A stretch of 30,660 bases of DNA from an uncultured Myxococcales bacterium (GTDB lineage Bacteria > Myxococcota_A > Polyangia > Fen-1088): positions 1 to 30,660 of the forward strand of contig CAZTTW010000002.1 in assembly GCA_964616265.1 (NCBI GenBank), written 5' to 3'. Made by a program: the position numbers and the translations under genes. Each line of letters starts with the position of its first letter. The first letter of the stretch is position 1. Positions 7,186 through 16,584 of the stretch are shown in pieces. The notes beneath the pieces were generated by a model. It ran no database searches. It was not told the origin of the DNA and saw only the letters and a program-made list of their open reading frames with translations.

Positions 7186-8283
7186 CTAAACCGTTGCGGA
7201 GCGCATCTTCTTTTCCAGGCGCTCGCGCAACCGCAGGATGGGTTTCTCGACAAGATGGTAACTCACGGTAGCGGCCGCGAATGCGAGGCCGATGTTCACC
7301 GGAAACGTGGTGAACCAGCGCGTGTGGTACCGGCACAGGAAGAGTTGCTGCCAAAGGTACAGCGAGTAGGACACCACCCCGACCCAGACCAACGGCCAAC
7401 TGTTTAGAAGTCTCCCGATCGGCGATTCATGAAATCGGATCGACCAGTCGACGCACATGGCAACCCCCACGTTGACAACGGTCCGCCCGGCCAGCAACGA
7501 CAGGCCGACGCTCGGGACGAGGGTGTGGCTGGCCACGACGATCAGCGGGACGAGCACGAACCACGGTGACTCGAGAATCGCCCGGTATCGGTCGTTGTCC
7601 CACAGCCGCTGCCGGAGGATGGCGAGGACACAACCCGTGGCGAGCGCGTCGAAGACGAACGGGAACCCCTGATCGACCAGCGGGCGCTGGGCAGGCCAAA
7701 AGTAGTAGAGCGTCACGCGGAACAACGGCGCCGCGAGCATCGCGCCTACCGAGATCCGAAGGCCGCCCGCGACCCCAAGGTAGGCCACCGCTGCGGGCCA
7801 TAGCAGATAGAATTGCTCCTCTACAGCGAGCGACCAGGTATGGCCCAGCCACCAGGTGTGGTCGGCGCGGAAATTCATTGTGTATGTCGCCGCGGCCAGA
7901 ACGTCCGCGTGACTGAGCTGCACCCGCACCTGCTCGTTCGCGCCCGCCAGAATGCCCATCGCTCCGAGAGCGACAACGACTGCTAGGAAGACGTACATCG
8001 CCGGAAAGATCCGCAGCGTGCGCCGGAAGTAGAACATTTTCAGAGAGATGGTCCCCGCGCGGTCTTTCTCCTTCAATAGAAGGCCGGTGATGAGGTAGCC
8101 AGAGATCACGAAGAACACCGTGACGCCCAATGCTCCCCACGCGAACGGCAGCCATTGCACGGGAAGGCCCGCCGTGCCGAGCAAATGGCCGAGCAGCACC
8201 ATCACGATGGAAATGGCCCGAAGTCCGTCGAGCGACGGGATTCGTTTCGAAGCGCCGTCCTTCAGCAAAGCGCGAGGGCCCAT
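7186..8283 (-). CDS. Acyltransferase family 3 (OafA/NodX-like O-acyltransferase, AT3 domain only)
   Basis: RIPSLDGLRAIS, GVTVFFVISGYLIT, FYFRRTLRIFP, HTWSLAVEEQFYLLWP, SYSLYLWQ; polytopic; no fused SGNH domain. Confidence 0.95.
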   Translation of the reverse strand: MGPRALLKDGASKRIPSLDGLRAISIVMVLLGHLLGTAGLPVQWLPFAWGALGVTVFFVISGYLITGLLLKEKDRAGTISLKMFYFRRTLRIFPAMYVFLAVVVALGAMGILAGANEQVRVQLSHADVLAAATYTMNFRADHTWWLGHTWSLAVEEQFYLLWPAAVAYLGVAGGLRISVGAMLAAPLFRVTLYYFWPAQRPLVDQGFPFVFDALATGCVLAILRQRLWDNDRYRAILESPWFVLVPLIVVASHTLVPSVGLSLLAGRTVVNVGVAMCVDWSIRFHESPIGRLLNSWPLVWVGVVSYSLYLWQQLFLCRYHTRWFTTFPVNIGLAFAAATVSYHLVEKPILRLRERLEKKMRSATV

Positions 8284-8488
8284 CGTGCTCGTGACCAGCG
8301 GTCGCTAGCCGGCAATGGCCGTCCTCCGTTGGGAGGGAAAACACGGGAGGAGTTGGCGGGTGCCACGAGGCGCGAGTCTTAGCACGGGACCCGAACCAAG
8401 ATGATCGAAAGCGCCCCGAATCACGACGAGCGGTCGTGCGCGTGGCGCATTTTTTTGTTCATTTTGATGACGAAAGGCCTGTGGTACC

Positions 8489-8516
8489 TTGCAGTCTTTG
8501 CAAACGCAACTATCCT
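8489..8516 (+). promoter_or_regulatory. Candidate sigma70-type promoter for the dehydrogenase operon, overlapped by a TTGCA-N5-TGCAA palindrome
   Basis: TTGCAG (8489-8494)-N16-TATCCT (8511-8516), 17 nt before ATG 8534; T-rich tract upstream at 8450-8466. Confidence 0.45.
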
Positions 8517-8533
8517 GAGAGGCTGGAAAAGAC

Positions 8534-9859
8534 ATGACTTCCCTTGCGGATAAGATCGCGAATAAGTCGGCTGTTATAGGCGTAATCGGCCAAGGCTACG
8601 TTGGGCTACCTCTTGCGCTCGTCTTCTGGGAGGCTGGATTCAAGGTCGTCGGTTTCGACGTCGACAAGAAGAAGGTTGAGCTCCTAAACAAGGGCGAATC
8701 GTTCATCAAGCATGTCGGTCCGCAGCGCGTTGCATCCGCGGTACGCAGTGGCGCCTTCTCGGCGACTTCCGACTTCGATCGATTGAGCGAGTGCGATGCG
8801 ATTCTGATCTGCGTTCCGACGCCGCTGGGAAAGCATCGCGAACCCGACAACTCGTACATTCACGCAACGGCGCGAGAGATTTCGCGGCGTCTGCGGCCTG
8901 GGCAACTGGTCGTTCTCGAGTCCACTACGTACCCGGGCACCACCGACGAAGAGGTCTTGCCGATCCTTGAAGAGAGCGGCCTCAAGTCGCCAGCGGACTT
9001 CTTCCTCGCCTTCTCGCCCGAGCGGGAAGATCCCGGAAACCAAAACTTCTCGACGCGAACCATTCCCAAGGTCGTGGGTGGCATCAACAACGAATCGACC
9101 GAGGTGGCAGTTGCCCTGTACCGTGCGGGCCTCGATCGCGTTGTGCAGGTTTCCCATTCGCGGGTCGCGGAATCGACCAAGCTGCTCGAAAATATTTTTC
9201 GCTCGGTCAACATCGCGCTGGTCAACGAGCTCAAGATGACATTCTTGACCATGGGCATCGACGTTTGGGAAGTGATCGCAGCGGCGAGCACGAAGCCATT
9301 CGGCTACATGCCGTTCTATCCTGGCCCAGGACTCGGCGGACATTGCATTCCGCTCGACCCCTTCTATTTGTCTTGGAAGGCGGCGGAGCACGGAATCTGG
9401 ACGCGCTTCATAGAGCTTGCCGGCGAGATCAACACCCAGATGCCACGCTTCGTGATCTCGCGGGTCGCGGACGCGTTGAACGAAGACGGCAAGGCACTCA
9501 AAGGTTCTCGAGTGCTGCTGCTTGGTCTCTCTTACAAGGCAAACATCGACGATCCTCGCGAATCGCCTTCGTTCGAGCTGATGGAAAAGCTGACCGAAGC
9601 GGGTGCAATCGTGCAGTACTGCGACCCGTACTTTCCCGAGATGCCTCACATGCGCAAGTACGACTTCGCGCTTCGTTCAGTTCCGTGCACAGCAGAGGCT
9701 TTTGCCAAGTTTGATGCGGTGGTTGTGGCGACTGCCCATGATGAATTCAAAGACCCTGCGCTGTATCGAAACGTGAAGCTGCTGGTGGACACTCGCAACA
9801 TGATCGCACCACTGATGAAGGATCGAGGGCCGACTTATGGACGCCTCGTCAAGGCTTAG
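8534..9859 (+). CDS. wbpA: Nucleotide-sugar dehydrogenase, WbpA-like UDP-N-acetyl-D-glucosamine 6-dehydrogenase
   Basis: Rossmann VIGQGYVGLPLA; ICVPTPL; LESTTYPGTT; SPEREDPGN; KLLENIFRSVNIALVNE; catalytic GPGLGGHCIPLDP; YKANIDDPRESP. Closely colinear with P. aeruginosa WbpA as recalled. Confidence 0.92.
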   Translation: MTSLADKIANKSAVIGVIGQGYVGLPLALVFWEAGFKVVGFDVDKKKVELLNKGESFIKHVGPQRVASAVRSGAFSATSDFDRLSECDAILICVPTPLGKHREPDNSYIHATAREISRRLRPGQLVVLESTTYPGTTDEEVLPILEESGLKSPADFFLAFSPEREDPGNQNFSTRTIPKVVGGINNESTEVAVALYRAGLDRVVQVSHSRVAESTKLLENIFRSVNIALVNELKMTFLTMGIDVWEVIAAASTKPFGYMPFYPGPGLGGHCIPLDPFYLSWKAAEHGIWTRFIELAGEINTQMPRFVISRVADALNEDGKALKGSRVLLLGLSYKANIDDPRESPSFELMEKLTEAGAIVQYCDPYFPEMPHMRKYDFALRSVPCTAEAFAKFDAVVVATAHDEFKDPALYRNVKLLVDTRNMIAPLMKDRGPTYGRLVKA

Positions 9860-9860
9860 G

Positions 9861-10661
9861 ATGTCTCTTTTGCGCAAAGTGGGAGTGGTCGCAGGACTGG
9901 CCTTGACGGCTTTGGGCTGCAAGCAGCGAGTACCGGACGACTATACGAGTTTGGTTCGCTCACCCGGCGCCAATCCTGGCAAGCCTTCCAAGGCACTGTC
10001 GATGGTTTGGCTACACCATAGTACCGGAGACGCGCTTCTGCGCGGCGGACTGTTGGACGCACTGAATGCCGACGGGATCGTCTTTCACGACATTAACTAT
10101 GATCAAGCTGTGGTGGATGGATACGTGGTTGGTGATCACACGGACATTCCTGACTGGCCCAAGACATTCAACACGCCCAAGTACTTCGATGTCGTCAAGA
10201 GCTGGAAGCTGTCGGATGGGGGCAAACACCACGATATCGTGATGTTCAAGAGTTGCTTCCCCAATTCCGACATCACAAGCGACCGGATGCTGGACGAGTA
10301 CAAGCAGGATTTTGGTGCACTGGTTGGGACATTCCGGGCGAATCCAGACATCCTTTTCATTGGAATGTCGACACCACCCCTGGTCAAAGCAAAGACAACC
10401 CCCGACGCCGCAAAGCGCGCGCGCCTGTGGTCGCAGTGGCTTACGACGCAATATGCTCAGGACTTGAATAACGTGAAGATCTTCGACCTCTTCGATGCTT
10501 TGGCCATTGCGGCTGATAAGCCGGATTCAAACACACTCGTGCCCCAGTTCTCGAAAAGTTCCAAGGATTCGCATCCCTCACCAGAGGGCGCACAAGCCGT
10601 TACGAGGCTGTTCATTCCCTGGCTGAACCGAGCCGTGCGTGAGTCGGGTTTTTCGGATTGA
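9861..10661 (+). CDS. Lipoprotein with SGNH-hydrolase-like motifs (putative polysaccharide O-acyl esterase/transferase)
   Basis: ATG 1 nt after the wbpA stop; lipobox LTALG-C; WLHHSTG (candidate nucleophile Ser), DIVMFKSCFPNS, C-terminal KDSHPSPEG (Asp/His). Confidence 0.62.
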   Translation: MSLLRKVGVVAGLALTALGCKQRVPDDYTSLVRSPGANPGKPSKALSMVWLHHSTGDALLRGGLLDALNADGIVFHDINYDQAVVDGYVVGDHTDIPDWPKTFNTPKYFDVVKSWKLSDGGKHHDIVMFKSCFPNSDITSDRMLDEYKQDFGALVGTFRANPDILFIGMSTPPLVKAKTTPDAAKRARLWSQWLTTQYAQDLNNVKIFDLFDALAIAADKPDSNTLVPQFSKSSKDSHPSPEGAQAVTRLFIPWLNRAVRESGFSD

Positions 10662-10847
10662 TGTAGCGTAGGTCCTCGCCGGTTCGCCAGTGCCAGTGCC
10701 CGCCAACTGCAGCAACTCGGCGGGAGGCAGCACGACCGTGCCACTACTTCGGTCCCGCGTTTCGAAAGCGGCCCCAGTCACGTGCAAGTTACCAAGATGA
10801 CATTCGGCTTGACCGGCTACTCACAGTCTGATTTGTTCAATACGCGC

Positions 10848-11004
10848 TAAGATCCTATTTCAGCAGGCCCGAAGCGCGCCAGGCAGCAATGCCACAGACG
10901 AAGTGGAGCATCGCGAAGTACGTATCCTTCCGAGTCTCCCAACGCACAAGGATCCGGCGGAATCGATTCAGCCAACCGTGCGTGCGCTCGACCAACCACC
11001 GTCT
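10848..11004 (-). mobile_element. IS5-family transposase 3' remnant with probable right end
   Basis: Minus-strand frame 11004-10855 reads RRWLVERTHGWLNRFRRILVRWETRKDTYFAMLHFVCGIAAWRASGLLK*, matching the RWxVERTxxWLxRFRRLxxRWE C-terminal signature of IS5 DDE transposases. An in-frame TAG at 11038-11040 closes the frame upstream. Candidate end (TAA)GATCCTATTTCAG at 10848-10863. Confidence 0.85.
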
Positions 11005-11136
11005 CGAATGGGCGTTGACCCGGTGGAACTGCAAGTTCTACAGGCCTGACTTCCGGATCTTCTCAGTCAGCGATCGACTGAGCGTCGTCGATGTCGCCGG
11101 AACAACCGTGTGAAAGTAAGATATACTCGCGTCGTC

Positions 11137-12198
11137 ATGCAGGCGCCCCTCGTCTCCGTCGTCATTCCCGGCTTCAATTGCGCGCGATACATACGTCAGG
11201 CTCTCGAGAGTGTCCTGGCACAAACCTACCCAAACATCGAAACGATCCTCGTCGACGATGGATCGACTGACGATACTCCGAGTGTCGTTGCCCCATTCCT
11301 GGATCGAATCACTTACCACCGTCAGCGCAATGGCGGGCTCGCTGCAGCTCGCAACACCGGGATGAGTCTCGCGCGCGGTGAGTACATTGCCTGGTTCGAT
11401 GCAGATGACCTTTGTGCCAAGGATCGCATCCTGGCGCAGGTCGCGTATCTCGCAAGCCATCCCGATGTCGTCGCCGTGGGTTCGAACTTCTCAGCCTTTG
11501 ATGCGGACATTGGGACGTTCGACAAAGCTCATGCCGCTCGGTACTACACTCAGATCAAGAAGAATGGTCTGGATGGCCTCTTTCCGAACGTGATCGATTT
11601 TTACGGCAGCGGCATTGATTGTGCTCCGCAGGCTCTCGGAAAATCGTATCGAGTTCACTCGGGCGACGTGTGGCAACGTCTCGTCCTAGGCAACTTCATC
11701 CATCCACCGACCTTGACGATGCGAAAGGAAGCGCGTGAACGAGCAGGATGGACGAGGCTCGGCAACAGAAGAGGGGGAGACTGGGAATACATCATCGCCT
11801 TGGCGAAGCTCGGACCGCTGGCATTCATTTACGATGCGCTGCTCGAATATCGGTGCCACCCAGAACAGATGTCCTCGTCGACAGGTTCTCCGGACCCGGC
11901 GCTGGACTGTGTTGAGATAGTCGAACGCCTTCTGGCCGATCCCGATGTCCTCTGCAACGAGGCCCTTCAGGCGAGCCTACGCGAAAAGCGCGGAGAACTA
12001 CACCTGGACGCTGCGTACGCTTTGGCGGAACTGAGCCCCGCCCGCGCCCTCCTACACCTTCGCGAATCCTGGAAGAGTCCGGCCGCCAGGAAGCACATTC
12101 CTCGAAATCTTGCCAGGATTCTCATGCCTCGTGCAGGTCTTCGCCTGTTGCGCCGATTGCGCCGCGAGGATCTGTCGACCGCCCATCGACGACAGTAA
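11137..12198 (+). CDS. Glycosyltransferase family 2 (GT-A fold)
   Basis: VSVVIPGFN...ALESVLAQTY..ETILVDDGSTD...NGGLAAARNTG...YIAWFDADD (DxD); alternative GTG start at 11110. Confidence 0.95.
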   Translation: MQAPLVSVVIPGFNCARYIRQALESVLAQTYPNIETILVDDGSTDDTPSVVAPFLDRITYHRQRNGGLAAARNTGMSLARGEYIAWFDADDLCAKDRILAQVAYLASHPDVVAVGSNFSAFDADIGTFDKAHAARYYTQIKKNGLDGLFPNVIDFYGSGIDCAPQALGKSYRVHSGDVWQRLVLGNFIHPPTLTMRKEARERAGWTRLGNRRGGDWEYIIALAKLGPLAFIYDALLEYRCHPEQMSSSTGSPDPALDCVEIVERLLADPDVLCNEALQASLREKRGELHLDAAYALAELSPARALLHLRESWKSPAARKHIPRNLARILMPRAGLRLLRRLRREDLSTAHRRQ

Positions 12199-12305
12199 CC
12201 CGGGCGATGGTGTAGCCGCTGCGGACAATAGCGTGTCGCGACTAGACCGGAACGACGGGCCTGACGTGAACCCAACTCGCCCCGAGGCGGTCCACCCCTA
12301 CGGCA

Positions 12306-14540
12306 CTATCGATCATACGCGCCTCGATCATGGCCGGTGCCCTGGGGCGCCGGATTTGCCGAAAACCCGTAAGGCCTCGGCCCGAGGGGAGCCGACCCAC
12401 TGTTGATACATTCGGATCCGTTCAACAGACTGAAATCGGTGCCGGCGTTCGCGAATTTCGGATCGCCGTAGGTACCGGTCGCGTCCTCAGATGCCTTCGA
12501 TCTGTGTCTTCCGTTGGCATCGTAGTATTGGTTATTTCGGAACGTATCCTGTCCTACGTCGATGGCCACGAAGTCGCCGGAGTGATTGTAAGGAGAGCCA
12601 AAAGGCAGCATGAAAATGTTGTTGCGAACATCAACCGTCTTCCCGCTGGTGCCACCGTCGTCGTAATAGCCGTACCTGCGGCCATTGCCCAGTCGATCCC
12701 AACCATAGATGACGTTGTTGTACACCCTGATGTTGTTGTTCGCGGTTGTGGCGGCTCCGACGATCCGAATGCCGGCCTCGCCCGAGTAGAGGACGATGTT
12801 GTCGTACCAAACGGCCGAATCGGTCATGTTGCCCTGGTTGAGGCCGTGCTTGTTCGCATTCTCGACCCAGTTGTGGTGGACGGAGATCTTCTGCAGCGTC
12901 TCGTCCGATTGCGAATCGTAGGTCTGGATGCCGTTACCCGCCGTCAGATTTCGAATGGTATTGAAGGCCACCACCACATCCCTGGCAGAGTGGGTCGAGC
13001 CATCGAGGTAGATGCCGTGGTTTTGATTGTCCGCCACAACTCCCCCGATGTCATGGATGTAGTTGGCGGCGATGACCATATGGTACCCATTGCCCGCGAT
13101 ACCAGCGGCATTGGTGATATTGGCGGCGTTGGACTTCCAGGGCCAGGTTAGCTCTGTGTTGATCACTCGACAGTAGTCACAAGAACTGTCGAGATTAATC
13201 GGCGCGGCATCACGAGCACCGTACTGAGATGACGAGATGAAGATGCGCGACCACGCAAACCACTTGGCATAAGGCGCACTACCATCATAGGGATTGGCAG
13301 TCGTCGCGCGGGCATTGTCATTGGCGATGAAACCGCCGCCGCCCGCGTCGTGGCCGGTACTGGCGGTCGGGTAGAACGAGGCCAGCTCAGGCAAGTTCGC
13401 TCCCGCTGCGCCAGGGTACGACGTGATGCAGATCGGACCGCGATTTCTCGCTCCCGTGGGTGCGGTTCCGCCGATACGGAAGAGATTGGCCACGAAGTAA
13501 CCGTCACCGGCGTATTTATAGTCGCCACCTCTCACCACGACATAGGTCCCGGGCGGCGTGCCGTCCTTGGCCGTATCGCCTCTGGCCTTGCGAAGCGCTC
13601 CGGAAAATCCGTCGCTGCTCTGGACGTGCTGGTACGGATGGGAAAACGAGCCATCGTTGGCATCCCCGCCGTTCACGATATCGACAAAGTAGATGCTCCC
13701 TGGCTGGACCATCCACGTCAGCGAATCGGCGGTGCCGTCATACTTGGTCAGCAGACTCACGTAGTTGCCGCTGGCATCGGTGGCATTGGACGGGCGCACT
13801 CCGTTTACGGTCATGTCGATCTTGAGTGCTGTGCCATTGGCTGCCGCCCCGCAAAGAGGACCGACCTGCACGCCAAGCACATGGAGTCCCATCAGGTTGG
13901 CCGCTTTGCTGTTCGTCCCGCCAAGCAGCGGCTGCAGGAAGCGATAGTTGGCCACTTCACAACCGCCGATATACAGGTGGCTCGTCGAGCCCCAATCGGA
14001 AAAGTTGCCAAAGTTCTTTCCGATGACACTCAGGTAAGCGCCCTTGCCACCCTCCCCACCCGATGTCGGGCCGGAAATGAAATCGGTGAACAGCATGAGC
14101 GGCGCATCGTTGTTGGAGCATGTAACAAGAATGTTCGTGATGTTGCTCGTCCCGACTGCGCCGCTACCGTTCATGACAATGCAGGTTTGCGCCGTCGGCT
14201 GAGTACGAACGGTGATCGAGTAGCTCGTATTGACGGGAACCGAAAACGAATACGTGCCATTGGCGGACAGTGCGAGAGGATTAGTGCCGTTGTTCTGCAA
14301 CACCACTCTCTTCCCAACTCCTAGGTTCGAGAGCTTTCCGCCTACCGTGACGGTGCCTGCCAGACCGCCAACTGCTTGGCCACGTGCCCCCTCCACTGTG
14401 GTCAAGCTTCCGCCCCCCTCGGGGCGTTTAGAGCCATCGCAAGTGCTACTTGCCGTCACCAAGACCGTGGCAGCCAAGAGTCCGGCGAATAGTTGAAGGC
14501 CGATCTCAGAGATAACAATACGAGGAAAGGTCATTCTCAT
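12306..14540 (-). CDS. Exported modular protein: Ig-like module + IPT/TIG-like module + right-handed beta-helix (pectin-lyase-like) + DRGAY-type C-terminus
   Basis: N-terminal hydrophobic segment; VVLQNNG...ANGTYSF...QPTAQTCIVMNGSG...NILVTC module; FTDFISGPTSGGEGGKGAYLSVIGKNFG; beta-helix-type repeats (NYIHDIGG, NHGIYLDG, FNTIRN, GNGIQTY, HHNWVEN, YNNVIY, RNNIFM); ends DPKF...DRGAYDR. ORF track start 14594 is probably too long. Confidence 0.75.
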   Translation of the reverse strand: MRMTFPRIVISEIGLQLFAGLLAATVLVTASSTCDGSKRPEGGGSLTTVEGARGQAVGGLAGTVTVGGKLSNLGVGKRVVLQNNGTNPLALSANGTYSFSVPVNTSYSITVRTQPTAQTCIVMNGSGAVGTSNITNILVTCSNNDAPLMLFTDFISGPTSGGEGGKGAYLSVIGKNFGNFSDWGSTSHLYIGGCEVANYRFLQPLLGGTNSKAANLMGLHVLGVQVGPLCGAAANGTALKIDMTVNGVRPSNATDASGNYVSLLTKYDGTADSLTWMVQPGSIYFVDIVNGGDANDGSFSHPYQHVQSSDGFSGALRKARGDTAKDGTPPGTYVVVRGGDYKYAGDGYFVANLFRIGGTAPTGARNRGPICITSYPGAAGANLPELASFYPTASTGHDAGGGGFIANDNARATTANPYDGSAPYAKWFAWSRIFISSSQYGARDAAPINLDSSCDYCRVINTELTWPWKSNAANITNAAGIAGNGYHMVIAANYIHDIGGVVADNQNHGIYLDGSTHSARDVVVAFNTIRNLTAGNGIQTYDSQSDETLQKISVHHNWVENANKHGLNQGNMTDSAVWYDNIVLYSGEAGIRIVGAATTANNNIRVYNNVIYGWDRLGNGRRYGYYDDGGTSGKTVDVRNNIFMLPFGSPYNHSGDFVAIDVGQDTFRNNQYYDANGRHRSKASEDATGTYGDPKFANAGTDFSLLNGSECINSGSAPLGPRPYGFSANPAPQGTGHDRGAYDR

Positions 14541-14951
14541 CGGGGATGGCGGCAAGCAAGTCATGACAGTCCCCTGGCAATCGCAGCCGAGCACAGATTG
14601 AGACCGGTAACGACAAAACGAGTCAGGTTAGTCATCTTTGGGCGCCTTGGACCGGGGTAGAAGGCCGTACGCTTGGGCAGCCTACAGCCTGGCCTTGGAT
14701 GGTCTGAATAGTCAGGCTCGCACGGGCGGCCCATACCTTACTACCTTTGCACAACTAAGCAACCCGCACTGTCGAGGACAGCGGTAGTGAAGGCGCACTC
14801 GCATCCTTGGCTCATCCTCCCGCATTCGTCCGACGCAAGATCATGGCGGCGGCTCCACGGACAAAGTGCTGAAAGCGCGATAGCGCGACCTTATCCGAGT
14901 GGCGCGCTGGAGACTGGCCAAGTGCGACCATCCGCTGTAGATTCGCCGGCC

Positions 14952-16448
14952 TTGACGTCCGGTTCCCCACTCAAGCGTCTCCTTGTCCACGTCTCCCACT
15001 ACTCGTTGGCCAGCCTGCTGACGACGGTTGCCGGAGTCATCTCGTTTCCGTTCATGACTCGGGTCTTCAGCGTCGCTGAGTACGGGACCATCAACCTCAT
15101 TGCGGCGACCTTGACGTTGGCAGTCGCCGTCGGCAAAGTAGGCGTCCAGCACTCGGTGATCCGCTACCACAGTGAAATCGCGAGCGGGAAGCGGATCTTC
15201 AGTCTCGACCAACTCTATTCGACAACGCTCATCGGTATGGGGGCAACCGGGCTCGCCATGGGCGTCCTCCTCCTGGCCGCCACTCTCTTCGGCCCCGATC
15301 GTTGGTTCCATGCCATTCCCAACCTGCGCCTCTACTTTGCCATCAGCTCGGTGGTGTGCATGTCCCAGGTCCTCGAGAGCGTGGTCATCAATTTGGTCCG
15401 CGCCAAGCAGCTCACCACGCTGCTCATGGTGTACCAGGTCGTCAAGCGCTACGCGATGCTCGGCCTCGTCGTGGTCGGCGTACTGTTCGTCGCGCGGAGC
15501 CTCACGTCCTTCTACGCCGCCATGGTCTTCACCGAAGTCACGGCCATGCTGGTGCTCGCGCTCCACTTCTTTCGCAAACACGTCGACGCTCCCCTCAAGG
15601 CTTCCAGCTTCTCGTCGCCGCTCTATACCGAGCTACTTCGGTTTGGCATCCCCATGATGGTCGGTTACGAGCTCTCCGGCATCATCCTCTCGGTAGGCGA
15701 CCGCTACGTGATCGAAGGCATGATGGGCGGAGAGTCGCTCGGCCTCTACTCCGCCGCCTACAACCTCTGCGGATACGTCCAATCGGTGGTCATCTCGTCG
15801 GTCGGACAGGCCATCATGCCGATCTACATGCAGATGTGGGATCAGAAGGGGCGCGACGAGACGGCGGCCTTCATCAGCCGGTCACTTCGCACTTACTGCC
15901 TGTTCGCCGCCCCGGTGGTTGCGGGCATCGCCGCCGTCGGGCCCGAGCTTCTGCCGGCGCTCGCGTCCGCCAAGTACGCCAGCGCGGTGACGGTACTGCC
16001 ATGGGTGATCGGCGGCATGGTCCTCGACGGTATGACCGCCATGGTGGGTGCCGGTCTGTTCATTCATCGGAAAACCACCGTCATCGTGAGCATCATCATG
16101 TCGTGTGCGGTGCTCAACATCGGCCTGAACTTCTTGCTCATCCCGCCACTCGGCGTGGTCGGCGCCGCGATCGCGACGTTGGCTGCCTACGCCGCCATGA
16201 CGGTGGCGATGGCGCTCTTCAGCCACCGCTTGCTGCCGGTCCACTTGCCCTGGGCGTCGCTCGCGCGCTCCGGCGCAGCCTCGGCGATCATGTTTGCCGT
16301 CGTGTACTTCGTCTACCCTGGGCACCGGCTTCTCACCGTGGCAGTGCGGGCCATGCTGGGTGCGCTCGTCTACGCCGTGGTGATCGTCGCCATCGACGGG
16401 GACGCGCGGCAGCTCGCGCGTAAGCTGCGCGCGCGCCTCCGGCGCTGA
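14952..16448 (+). CDS. wzx: Wzx oligosaccharide flippase (MOP superfamily)
   Basis: ~12-14 hydrophobic segments; FPFMTRVFSVAEYGTINL, LLRFGIPM, GDRYVI, LGLYSAAYNL, LNIGLNFLLIPPLGVVGAAIAT. Start uncertain (TTG 14952 chosen; ORF track gives GTG 14787). Confidence 0.93.
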   Translation: MTSGSPLKRLLVHVSHYSLASLLTTVAGVISFPFMTRVFSVAEYGTINLIAATLTLAVAVGKVGVQHSVIRYHSEIASGKRIFSLDQLYSTTLIGMGATGLAMGVLLLAATLFGPDRWFHAIPNLRLYFAISSVVCMSQVLESVVINLVRAKQLTTLLMVYQVVKRYAMLGLVVVGVLFVARSLTSFYAAMVFTEVTAMLVLALHFFRKHVDAPLKASSFSSPLYTELLRFGIPMMVGYELSGIILSVGDRYVIEGMMGGESLGLYSAAYNLCGYVQSVVISSVGQAIMPIYMQMWDQKGRDETAAFISRSLRTYCLFAAPVVAGIAAVGPELLPALASAKYASAVTVLPWVIGGMVLDGMTAMVGAGLFIHRKTTVIVSIIMSCAVLNIGLNFLLIPPLGVVGAAIATLAAYAAMTVAMALFSHRLLPVHLPWASLARSGAASAIMFAVVYFVYPGHRLLTVAVRAMLGALVYAVVIVAIDGDARQLARKLRARLRR

Positions 16449-16584
16449 GCTGTCCACCGCGCGCGGCCCGAGTAGGGCGCGTGCCCGCGCTCCCACAGAA
16501 GCAACCGAAGTGGCACGTTGGCAAGCATGCCGTCCGGGAGCGCACTGTCCGCGCTGCCCGAAGAGGTCCCTCGGCCGGGCTCGG

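Noticed and set aside
10889-11113. 74-aa plus-strand ORF in the gap before GT2
   Set aside because: It is largely the antisense of the IS5 transposase remnant.
14780-14787. ops/JUMPstart-like AGCGGTAG upstream of wzx
   Set aside because: One mismatch to GGCGGTAG, no JUMPstart context, and no RfaH/UpxY gene in the window; chance-level.
16511-16527. Sigma54-like TGGCACGTTGGCAAGCA
   Set aside because: GG-N11-GC spacing (needs N10), and it lies between convergent gene ends with nothing to drive.
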